A stretch of DNA of 28,263 nt, taken from a virus (taxonomy: Duplodnaviria; Caudoviricetes). The position numbers and the translations under genes were made by a program. The notes beneath the pieces are model-generated. The model saw only the letters and a program-made list of their open reading frames with translations, was not told where the DNA came from and ran no database searches. Shown here in pieces: positions 1 through 7,834 of this stretch. The stretch lies in IMG/VR virus record IMGVR_UViG_3300020045_005882, positions 1-28,263 of that record; one strand, 5' to 3'. Numbering within the stretch: position 1 is the first letter of the stretch; each line of letters starts with the position of its first letter.

Positions 1-121
1 GAAAGGGTTAAGCGAGTTATTTGGTTAGGGGTGATGTTTTGGTAGTTAGGGATGAAAAGGTAAGTTGGGGAAGCGGAGGAGAAAGTTGGGGCTGGGGTTG
101 TGATTAGGTGGTGGGGAGTTG
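1..121. repeat. Left copy of 121-bp terminal inverted repeat
   Basis: Bases 1-121 are the exact reverse complement of 28143-28263; the first mismatch is at 122/28142. Confidence 0.97.
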
Positions 122-509
122 TTCTTACCATATTAGTCATAGCATTGCCTAATACTAAACTAAATGAAACATCAGTTACCCTACTAGCGGTTCCATTAAG
201 CCATTTAAAATAACTATCCTTAGTCCATGAAACTGGTTTTTGATAGTATTCAATAGAAGAATCTAGTGGAGTTTGTAGACTTAATAAATCTCCAAGATAT
301 TGCACACTAAATAAAGTTTCTACAGCTAGCAGTTCAGCTTCCGTAAGTCCAATATACTTAAGGTCATAGGATACTTGATGGTTATCAATACCTACGCCAA
401 CTTTTCTTAGATATTGATTATTGGCTTTGCAAGCGTTGTTGGTAAAACTTACTTTTTTAGTATAGTTAGCTGAAAGTTTATTAACATAAGGAAGGGCTAC
501 TGTTGTCAT
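3..509 (-). CDS. gpM-like (distal tail) minor tail protein, paralog 2; 3' end open, runs into the terminal repeat
   Basis: Missing from the ORF track because it has no stop. ATG at 509 overlaps the upstream TGA (ATGA). Translation: MTTVALPYVNKLSANYTKKVSFTNNACKANNQYLRKVGVGIDNHQVSYDLKYIGLTEAELLAVETLF...SWTKD...VTDVSFSLVLGNAMTNMVRT-TPHHLITTPAP. YLRKVGVGIDN recalls the gpM 'YEQR...GLN' motif, and the gene follows the tape measure gene. Confidence 0.75.
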   Translation of the reverse strand, partial: MTTVALPYVNKLSANYTKKVSFTNNACKANNQYLRKVGVGIDNHQVSYDLKYIGLTEAELLAVETLFSVQYLGDLLSLQTPLDSSIEYYQKPVSWTKDSYFKWLNGTASRVTDVSFSLVLGNAMTNMVRTTPHHLITTPAPTFSSASPTYLFIPNYQNITPNQITRLTL

Positions 510-820
510 TGTATTCTCTTAAAGCTTGCTTGAATAGTGGGCTTATTTCCCTGTACCGTTACTGTATAACCATCTTCCATTTGATATACTCCTAGTTCAT
601 AACTAAAGCGTTTACTAGCTTTGGAAAGTCTAAAGGCAGTTTCTATAGTTTTAACATCACTATAACTAAGATTTCCCCAGTTAAAGGCAATAGTCTCCCC
701 AATACTATGAGGGTTAATGCTAAGGATATCCTTAGAGATACTGCCAAAAGAACGAACATCAACTACTACAGAAGATGTTCTATTTTTTAATATCTTACAA
801 GGTAAAGGCATAGCAATCAT
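506..820 (-). CDS. gpM-like minor tail protein, paralog 1
   Basis: 104 aa, directly after the tape measure gene. Contains 'WGNLSYSDVKTIETAF' and a C-terminal 'TIQASFKRI', like the gpM ending (ISATFEQV-type). Confidence 0.65.
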   Translation of the reverse strand: MIAMPLPCKILKNRTSSVVVDVRSFGSISKDILSINPHSIGETIAFNWGNLSYSDVKTIETAFRLSKASKRFSYELGVYQMEDGYTVTVQGNKPTIQASFKRIQ

Positions 821-823
821 GGA

Positions 824-3800
824 TTATCCCCTCTTCTTTTGTTTGTCATACATATTAACTTGTTTTTTTGCTTCTTCTCTAGCAACCGCTTTCATAAGCT
901 CAACTGCAACATCTTGTCCAAACTGTTTAGGATTAGAAGTTCCTTCTGGTACTGTGACATTTATATTAGTTATATTAGAAACTTTTGAACCTTTTGAACT
1001 TGAAGAAGTAGCGGAACCACCACCAACCATACCACCCGTTGCATAACCTTGACTATTCATAGTATTAAGATTATCAAGTCCAAGACTTGCTACCTGTTCT
1101 GGGCTTATTACAACCTCACCGTGACTTAGATTAATTAATCGGTTCTTCTTAGCTTTAGCAGAAGCTTTAGCATTAAGAACATAGCTACCAACGGGTACAA
1201 CTGCTGGAATACTATCAGAAGTTCCAGTACCAGTTCCTCTAACATCACCTCCAGTAGCAAAACCAGCCCCAGACTTAAAGGAAGATACTCCTGAACTTAG
1301 AACACCAGCACCTACACTACCACCAGAAGCAAATCCAAAACCACTTGATATTAGACTTGTAATACCTTTAATAGCTTGTAGCTTAAGTTCATTCATAATC
1401 ATTTCTTGAATCATCTTAGCAAAGTCAATAGCTATACCTCTGAAAGCATCGTTAACAGTCTCAGCTCCGTTAGCCCAAGCTACAAAGTGGTCACTTATAG
1501 AGTTCATAGTGTCAGCAGTAGCTTGATTGATAACTGCATCTTTAGCAAAGGCAAGGTCATTCATTGCCGTTGTGGTTTGGGCAATCTCTGTGCGAAGTTT
1601 TAGCCATTCCTCAGAACCTTTACCACCTTGAGTCTCTGAGAGAGCTAACTTTTGTTTAGAAAGTGATAGGCTAGTTCCAAGAGTATCAGACTTAGACCTT
1701 GCAGTTTCTTCTGTAACAAAAGCACCTATAAAGTTTCCACTAGCACCCATCTTTGCAGCTTGTGCCATTGGTAAATTCTGGGCAGCCGCATCTTCATAAG
1801 CAGCTTGGGCATTATTAATGGTTTCTTTATGTGCAATCTTAGCCTTCATTAACTCAATTTGGTTAAGTTGAGCAAGTTGTTTCTCTGTTAAATCAATCTT
1901 ATCTTGTATAACTTTCTTTTCCTTCTCAGACATTCCTTGTGATTGTTCTTTCAACTTAGCTTGTTCTTTATAAAGTAAGGTAATAGTATCTTCTTGAGAA
2001 AGTCTTTGACTCATTACAACGGTTTCTTCATTGAAGATTCCTAAACTTTCCTCTAAAGACTTCTGTATTTCAAACTGTTTACGTTCTAAAGCATCCTGTA
2101 ATGGAATAATCTTATTAAGTTCAATAGCTGTTTTATCTTTAAGAGTTTCAGCACTTATACTTGCACGTTCTTTCTCTAAGTTAAGAATCTCTGCTTGTAA
2201 GCCAGACTTAGTAGCTTGGTCAGCCGTTCTAAGTATAGTCTCTTTAGCATTAGCAACAAGTTTGTCAATCTGTGAAACAAGTTCTGGATTAGCTTTGGTA
2301 TTAATTTCAGCAGTCTTAGTTAGACGTTGTTTTTCTGAGAGTGGAAAAGTTAAATTATCTAGTTTAGCAAGTTCAGTTTCTTTAGTGGTCTTAGAAAGCT
2401 GCAAAGATGCGTGTAAGGTTGCCTTAGTATTTGCTAAGTTCTCTAGCAAACTAGCCTTAGCAGCTTCAATATCAGCCTGTTGCTTTTCAATATCTTGTTC
2501 TAGTCCTTTTTGTGTATTAGCCTCTAACTTACGTTGTATATCTAAGGCATTTTGCGCTATGGGGTCTGCCCCAGACTTAACATAACCAGCAGAAGGTAAA
2601 TAGGATTTAGCTATATCACGTCTAATTGCTTGGTCTTTAGAAGTATACTTAGGTCTTTCATAGTTAGCTGTAACAGAATTAGTAGCTTCCGCAACTGTCT
2701 TAGTTGCTTTTAGTAAGTTTCCAGCCCTAGCTTCTGTATTTTTAAGTTCCCAATCTACAAAAGCAAGCTGGTCTTCAAAAGAAGAACCTTTAATAGACTT
2801 ACCAAAAGCTTTTGCAAAGTTAGCTTGTCTATCTGGATGCCATTGCCCTAAGCCATACGCAACTCCACCATCCCCAACATTACCCGTATTAAAACTACTT
2901 TCACCTTGAATATTGGCTGTTATACCCATAGCTTGTTCAGGTTTCCATCCCTTAGAGATAAAGAACTCAATAGCTTTCTTAGCTGAGTCAGTAGCAGTAG
3001 TAGCAGAAGCACCTGCGCTGGCAACACCAGTAAACTCCACTGGTGTAACCTTAGCTGGGTCTGTATTAGTTACAATTTTTTCCAATAAATCATTAGAAGT
3101 TGTAGTTCCTTCTGCTACTCGCATTTGTAAAGCAGTATGTTCTGTAGTTATCTTAGCATACTCATCCCTAGCTTTATTTAAAGCCTTAGTTTGTTCCATA
3201 ATAGCTGTATTGGTTACATCTATCTTATCAAATAAAGGTTTAGTAGGATTATTCTTGTTCCACTCTTCTACGGCTAGAGTTTTTAAAGCTTGTGAAAGTG
3301 TGCCAGACCCTAGGGCTTCTTCTGCTGATTTCTGGTCTTTAAATGGACTATCTTTTAAAGTAGGCAATATTCCTACTATATTAGCCCTAGCTTCTCTAAG
3401 TTTAGCTAACTTATCTTCTTGAGTCGAAGCCGCAATGGCTTGTTTAGAGTTATCTAACTTAGCATCTCCAATCAACTCTACCCGTCTTAGTTGCTCTTTT
3501 AGAAGGGAGTTTTCATCTGCCAGAGCTTTTTTATTAGCTTTGTAAATTTCATCTTGAATGGCTTTAACCTTGGATAAGGACTGCCCTTTAGTAATAGTAC
3601 CTAAAGCTTCTTGAGACTGTACTTTGGTAAGCTCTAGTTGAAGTTCCTTAACTCGGAGCGATGTTTGTCCTTGTAGTCTTTGAGTAGCTATATCAAACTC
3701 AGTTGTAATACGTTGTAAAGCTATAGTAACAGTTTTATTCATACCAGCCATAGTTTCATCAACTGTACCTGTAGTTCCAGCTAGTAAAGCTTCTTTAACT

Positions 3801-6301
3801 TTCTCATTAATGTATTCTGTTTGTCTTGCAGCCTCCTCTCCTATAGCTTTAGTTTTAGCGTCTTGACCAGCTCTATTTAACACAGCCTCATAAACAGGTC
3901 TTAGAGGTGCATATTTATAAAGTGTCTGCCCTATTGTAGGTTGTTTTTGGTTATCTAAAGCATTAATAAAGTTCTTAGGAGCTTCTGTAGGCTTTCCAGT
4001 TCCTATCATATCCCAGTATTTAGTAGCTTTTTCTATTAACATATCCCAACTAGCAATAGCTAAGTCACTTACGGTAATACTTTTTTGAACTTCAACGGCT
4101 TTTCCACCTATTTGGTTTAAAGAAGACATAACGTTAACCGTTCCAACCTCCAAGTCTTTAAGAACCATAACAGCAGTTCCTATTACAGCTACAAGTTTTA
4201 ACCAAGGAGGAATAGCCGCTAACGTGCTTGTAGCAAACATCTTTAAATTAGCCCAGATACTCAAACCAGCTACAGAAGCAGTTGCAACCTCTAAGCTTAC
4301 CATACTACTAGCAGCTAACGAGGCAGCATTTCTGGTTAATAGTAATGCTTTGGTCGCCATACCTAAATGACTTACTAAAGCAACACCTAAAGTAGTACCA
4401 AGAACAACAACGACATTAGTTAAACCATTTATATGTTTGGTAAGAAAATCTACAGCACTTGTAGCTAGGCTTAATCCACCTTTAATAGCTCCTTTACTTT
4501 GCTCATAAACCGTGGTTGCAAAGTTAGTCCAAGCAGTTGACAATCTTTGAATATGTGCATTAACACCTTGGCTTGCATAGGATAAACTAGCTGGGTCGGA
4601 AAACATAGCCGCATAAGTTCTTGAGAAATTTAATAAGGTTTCTTTTGGAACTACCAAACCTTTCTTCATATCATCCATTAGCTGCCTAGTAGTCTTTCCC
4701 ATACTAAGTGCAAAGATATTAACCGCAGCAGGTAACTGATTACCTAACTGACGTTTAAGTTCTTCCATCATTACTTGGTTCTTTGCATACATTTGGTTAA
4801 GTGCAGTGAAAGCACTTTTCATCTTATCAGCGGGTAAGTGTAAAACCATACCAGCTTTAGATATATTAGCAAAGATTTCTTGAATATTACCTACGGACTC
4901 ACCAGAGAACTTAGCACTTGCAGCGAACTCTACAAAACTCGTCCGTAAGGCATCAATACTAATGCCCGCATCTTGCGCAAGTTTATCTAGGAAAGCAAGT
5001 TGTTCATTAACTTTAGTAGTTACACTAAATGTTGCTTTCAAGGTTGCATAGGTAGTTTCAAACTGCAAGCCTGCCTCTGGAACACTACGCATTGCATTAG
5101 TGAAGGTATTAACAGCAGCATTAATAAGTTTATAGCCAACAACTAGGTCAAAGATTCTTTCTAGGAAAGGTTTATGAGCTTTATCAAGATTCATAACACC
5201 AGTCTTAGCTTGGTCAAGTAATTTTATAGCCTCTTTAACTCTTTCATTATAAGCAGTCTGAGTCTCATACATTCCTTTGATAAGTCCAGTTTGCTTATCA
5301 GCAGAAGCTCTTAAGTCGGGTGTGTAGTTAGTTGGTTTTGAAGAAGCAGCACCGCTTCCTAGCATAGCTCCATTATAAATACCACCTTGAGCCGTCTGCA
5401 TCATAGAGGCTCTATGTGCTTGCAGAGCATCTTCTCTAGCTTGTATTGCGGCTAGTCTAGCTAAATCAGCAGCTTTTACTCTAGCAATAGAGGCTAAACT
5501 TGCAGTCTCTATTTTATTCTCTACATTAAGTCTAGCTTGTTCTAGCCATTGAATCTTTTGCTGCTCAAGTTGCTGCCTTCTGTTAAGGGCTTCTTCTTCT
5601 ATCTTTTGTCTATAGTCAATAGAAGCTTTAGCAGAAGCGTTAGAGGCTTGCGTAATAGTATCTAATTTAGCAGCATTCAGTCTAGTCAACAAACTCTGCG
5701 TAATAGCATCTTGAGCTTTTTTAGTAGCTTCAATCTTGGCTAGATAATCAGCTTGTTGCTTTACAAGAGTTTGTATTTGTGCAGTCTGTTTAGTGTAGGC
5801 AGAAGCTTTATCTGCTTCAACTTTAGCCATTTGTTCTTTTAGTTTAAGTTCTTTAGTAGCTTGCGCCGCAAGTTCTTTATATGCTTGGTCTTCAAAAGCT
5901 TTCTTTTCGGCAAAGAACTTAGCTATGTTAGCTTTACTTTCAGCTAGTTTAGCTTTATCAACTTCTAGCAATACCTTTTGTACATAGGCATCACCAACTT
6001 TACCAATAGCACTTCTAACAGCCGTAGTAGTTGCACCCGTGTTTAAAGTACCTGCTTTATTTACTACTGAATATGGGGATTGTTTGACTGAGTCTCTAGC
6101 CCCTCTTTTAATATCTTCTTGCAACTTTAGAAGTTTAGTAAGATGGTCTTCTATTTGTTTAATACTAGCCTTATCAAAGTCAATAATCTTCTGACCTTTT
6201 TTAGCTCCTAGTTTATCTAAGCTTGAGGCTACTTTACTAATTTGGGAATTAACATTAGACGTATCCAAAGCTAGTACATAGGTTATTTTAGACTCAGCCA
6301 T
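824..6301 (-). CDS. Tail tape measure protein with internal phage tail lysozyme-like domain
   Basis: About 1825 aa, Ala/Lys/Gln-rich helical. Tape-measure motif AFTALNQMYAKNQVMMEELKRQLG; lysozyme-like segment FFISKGWKPEQAMGITANIQGESSFN...GLGQW (~2600-2990); lambda-type C-terminus FATGGDVRGTGTGTSDSIPA. Start placed at ATG 6301 with GGAG SD at 6311-6314. Confidence 0.95.
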   Translation of the reverse strand: MAESKITYVLALDTSNVNSQISKVASSLDKLGAKKGQKIIDFDKASIKQIEDHLTKLLKLQEDIKRGARDSVKQSPYSVVNKAGTLNTGATTTAVRSAIGKVGDAYVQKVLLEVDKAKLAESKANIAKFFAEKKAFEDQAYKELAAQATKELKLKEQMAKVEADKASAYTKQTAQIQTLVKQQADYLAKIEATKKAQDAITQSLLTRLNAAKLDTITQASNASAKASIDYRQKIEEEALNRRQQLEQQKIQWLEQARLNVENKIETASLASIARVKAADLARLAAIQAREDALQAHRASMMQTAQGGIYNGAMLGSGAASSKPTNYTPDLRASADKQTGLIKGMYETQTAYNERVKEAIKLLDQAKTGVMNLDKAHKPFLERIFDLVVGYKLINAAVNTFTNAMRSVPEAGLQFETTYATLKATFSVTTKVNEQLAFLDKLAQDAGISIDALRTSFVEFAASAKFSGESVGNIQEIFANISKAGMVLHLPADKMKSAFTALNQMYAKNQVMMEELKRQLGNQLPAAVNIFALSMGKTTRQLMDDMKKGLVVPKETLLNFSRTYAAMFSDPASLSYASQGVNAHIQRLSTAWTNFATTVYEQSKGAIKGGLSLATSAVDFLTKHINGLTNVVVVLGTTLGVALVSHLGMATKALLLTRNAASLAASSMVSLEVATASVAGLSIWANLKMFATSTLAAIPPWLKLVAVIGTAVMVLKDLEVGTVNVMSSLNQIGGKAVEVQKSITVSDLAIASWDMLIEKATKYWDMIGTGKPTEAPKNFINALDNQKQPTIGQTLYKYAPLRPVYEAVLNRAGQDAKTKAIGEEAARQTEYINEKVKEALLAGTTGTVDETMAGMNKTVTIALQRITTEFDIATQRLQGQTSLRVKELQLELTKVQSQEALGTITKGQSLSKVKAIQDEIYKANKKALADENSLLKEQLRRVELIGDAKLDNSKQAIAASTQEDKLAKLREARANIVGILPTLKDSPFKDQKSAEEALGSGTLSQALKTLAVEEWNKNNPTKPLFDKIDVTNTAIMEQTKALNKARDEYAKITTEHTALQMRVAEGTTTSNDLLEKIVTNTDPAKVTPVEFTGVASAGASATTATDSAKKAIEFFISKGWKPEQAMGITANIQGESSFNTGNVGDGGVAYGLGQWHPDRQANFAKAFGKSIKGSSFEDQLAFVDWELKNTEARAGNLLKATKTVAEATNSVTANYERPKYTSKDQAIRRDIAKSYLPSAGYVKSGADPIAQNALDIQRKLEANTQKGLEQDIEKQQADIEAAKASLLENLANTKATLHASLQLSKTTKETELAKLDNLTFPLSEKQRLTKTAEINTKANPELVSQIDKLVANAKETILRTADQATKSGLQAEILNLEKERASISAETLKDKTAIELNKIIPLQDALERKQFEIQKSLEESLGIFNEETVVMSQRLSQEDTITLLYKEQAKLKEQSQGMSEKEKKVIQDKIDLTEKQLAQLNQIELMKAKIAHKETINNAQAAYEDAAAQNLPMAQAAKMGASGNFIGAFVTEETARSKSDTLGTSLSLSKQKLALSETQGGKGSEEWLKLRTEIAQTTTAMNDLAFAKDAVINQATADTMNSISDHFVAWANGAETVNDAFRGIAIDFAKMIQEMIMNELKLQAIKGITSLISSGFGFASGGSVGAGVLSSGVSSFKSGAGFATGGDVRGTGTGTSDSIPAVVPVGSYVLNAKASAKAKKNRLINLSHGEVVISPEQVASLGLDNLNTMNSQGYATGGMVGGGSATSSSSKGSKVSNITNINVTVPEGTSNPKQFGQDVAVELMKAVAREEAKKQVNMYDKQKKRG

Positions 6302-6324
6302 AATAAAGAACTCCAAAAGGTTTT

Positions 6325-6351
6325 AAAAAGAGGGGTAGAAAACTACCCCTT
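6325..6351 (-). terminator. Intrinsic terminator between the tail chaperone and tape measure genes
   Basis: - strand AGGGGTAG-TTTT-CTACCCCT followed by CTTTTT. Confidence 0.8.
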
Positions 6352-6370
6352 AGAGCATCATGCGAGGAAA

Positions 6371-6814
6371 CTAGGAATTGCTTGCTGTGTTTTGGATAGC
6401 TTGCAAGCAAGAAGTACGCAAAGCATCCCTGTAAGGAAAGCTACCCCACAACAAATCAAAGTAACTATCCAAATCACCGTTAGCACGAACAGAAGCAACT
6501 TTGACAACTTTACCTGAATCATCTTGACCTTTAACATTCTTAAAATCAACTATATGTTCTTTTACAAAAGCTTTAACATCTTCTGCTTCATTTACGACAG
6601 AGGATTCCCAAATGCTAGAACTACCATCTTTAATAGCTTCAAGAGTTTGTTGATTACTTTCGGCAATCTTGTCGAACTTAGTTAAATGTTGGTTAGCTTC
6701 TTGAATTGGGTAGCGTTTAAACTCAATTTGTAGTTGGTCAGTCTTTCCAGCAGAATCTTTAACGATTGCATTGATAAGAACCGTTGGCGTTTGTAAAGCG
6801 AGTGAGTATTTCAT
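6371..6814 (-). CDS. Tail assembly chaperone, gpG-like
   Basis: Lies between tail tube and TMP. N-terminus MKYSLALQTPTV...IEFKR and C-terminal LLWGSFPY...AL resemble the siphovirus TAC pattern. ATG 6814 with GGAG SD. Confidence 0.75.
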   Translation of the reverse strand: MKYSLALQTPTVLINAIVKDSAGKTDQLQIEFKRYPIQEANQHLTKFDKIAESNQQTLEAIKDGSSSIWESSVVNEAEDVKAFVKEHIVDFKNVKGQDDSGKVVKVASVRANGDLDSYFDLLWGSFPYRDALRTSCLQAIQNTASNS

Positions 6815-6830
6815 TTTGGTTATCTCCAAA

Positions 6831-7589
6831 TTAATTAGTTGGTGGTTTCATGCTTTCATATCCAGCATATAGCAAAGATATAAAACTTAATGTATCGCTA
6901 ATTTTAAGTCTAGCTTCTTTAGCAAGTTCTATAATAACAATAGGATTTAGTATCCCCCATTCATTTCTATATAACTTTGCAATATTAAATAGTTCAAGAT
7001 AGGGATTATTTGATTTCCAAATTAAGTTAGGTAAAGTTGAAATCGTTAGTTTTTCTTTAGCTACTTCTAATGGTTTCTTAACTTCCTCTTCGTCTTCAAA
7101 ATTCATAAACTCCCCAAGATTTTCCTGTAGTTCTTTTGTATCTTCCTTTATCTTACTTTCAGAATCTTGTTTACCATAGTCTAACTCATATTGGTATTTT
7201 CCAATCTCGAATAAGTTTTGTTCCTGTAAGCTTCTTCTTTGTATATATTCCATATTTTGAAGAATTGAAACATAATTAGCTAGAATTGCTTTAAAGTAAG
7301 GGAAACTTGCTAATAGAGACTTCATGATAGCAGTTTCAAAGGAATTAGTCAAGTTTCCTGAACCGAGTGCAACTTTGTCTACATAAACAATGTTGCTTAA
7401 AAGGATAGAAACTTGTGTTTCATAGCTAGAAGCTATCAACTTTTTGAGTATTAATCTAGCCATTGGTTGGTTTACTAATTTAAAAGCCACGGTAAAGTCC
7501 ACTTCCCAAGTAGCATCTTTTGCTTTTAAAGGTACTTCTATAAAATCAGGAACAATGTTCATAAGCTTCAATTTCTTTAAGTAATTCAA
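6831..7589 (-). CDS. Tail assembly chaperone, in-frame G-T type (G-like domain plus gpT/DUF1799-like domain)
   Basis: N-half is paralogous to 6371..6814 (LLASFPYFKAILANYVSILQN vs LWGSFPYRDALRTSCLQAIQN). C-half has IWKSNNPYLELF...EWGILN, like gpT-type domains. Start is ambiguous (TTG 7589 or ATG 7562). Confidence 0.7.
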   Translation of the reverse strand: MNYLKKLKLMNIVPDFIEVPLKAKDATWEVDFTVAFKLVNQPMARLILKKLIASSYETQVSILLSNIVYVDKVALGSGNLTNSFETAIMKSLLASFPYFKAILANYVSILQNMEYIQRRSLQEQNLFEIGKYQYELDYGKQDSESKIKEDTKELQENLGEFMNFEDEEEVKKPLEVAKEKLTISTLPNLIWKSNNPYLELFNIAKLYRNEWGILNPIVIIELAKEARLKISDTLSFISLLYAGYESMKPPTN

Positions 7590-7758
7590 AAAAGAGGCAT
7601 CTTTCTTTAGCTAGTTTAAGTACCTTTTTAAACCTTTCTAAATCAGATAAATTAGAATCTTCTGGATTAAACAAACCTAGGTTATGTGATATAGCTACCT
7701 TAGCTCTAAAAGGTAACTTATAATACCTTATGCTAATACTTCTTATAGTATCTGTCAT
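7546..7758 (-). CDS. Small helical protein resembling the GTPase-associated adaptor domain (GAAD); moron-like
   Basis: ATG 7758 with GGAG SD; 70 aa. The pattern RYYKLP...AISHNLGL..PED..L.D.ERF..V...AKER.L..EL..EI recalls GAAD domains (from memory, not searched). Confidence 0.55.
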   Translation of the reverse strand: MTDTIRSISIRYYKLPFRAKVAISHNLGLFNPEDSNLSDLERFKKVLKLAKERCLFFELLKEIEAYEHCS

Positions 7759-7770
7759 TATTATCTCCAA

Positions 7771-7804
7771 TAAAAAAGCAGGGTAAGATTTCTCCTACCC
7801 TGCT
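7771..7804 (-). terminator. Intrinsic terminator after the tail tube gene
   Basis: - strand AGCAGGGTAGGA-GAAA-TCTTACCCTGCT followed by TTTTT: a 12-bp stem with a GNRA loop. Confidence 0.85.
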
Positions 7805-7805
7805 A

Positions 7806-7834
7806 ATTATACTACCCAGAGTATCTTACTTCAA
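7806..7834 (-). promoter_or_regulatory. Sigma70-type promoter at the end of the tail tube gene
   Basis: - strand TTGAAG-17 nt-TATAAT. Confidence 0.6.

Noticed and set aside
25-51. TTAGGG hexamers (25-30, 46-51) suggesting a eukaryote-like telomere
   Set aside because: Only two non-tandem copies, and the G-rich strand runs inward from the end, the opposite polarity to telomeres.
1-121. Terminal repeats as a DGR template/variable pair
   Set aside because: The two copies are identical with no adenine-specific mismatches, and there is no reverse transcriptase in the window.
717-3422. + strand ORFs 717..1046, 1406..1603, 2031..2585 and 2913..3422
   Set aside because: Antisense shadows of the tape measure gene with no SD or recognisable motifs.
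6358-6549. Alternative-frame ORF overlapping the G chaperone, considered as a possible T frame
   Set aside because: It extends only 13 nt past the G stop and has no T-like sequence; the T-like domain is in the upstream paralog.
7585-7600. CTC TTT TTT GAA run as a frameshift fusing the GAAD-like ORF to the G-T chaperone
   Set aside because: It would need a +1 shift, no stimulatory element is seen, and ordinary start codons explain the overlap.
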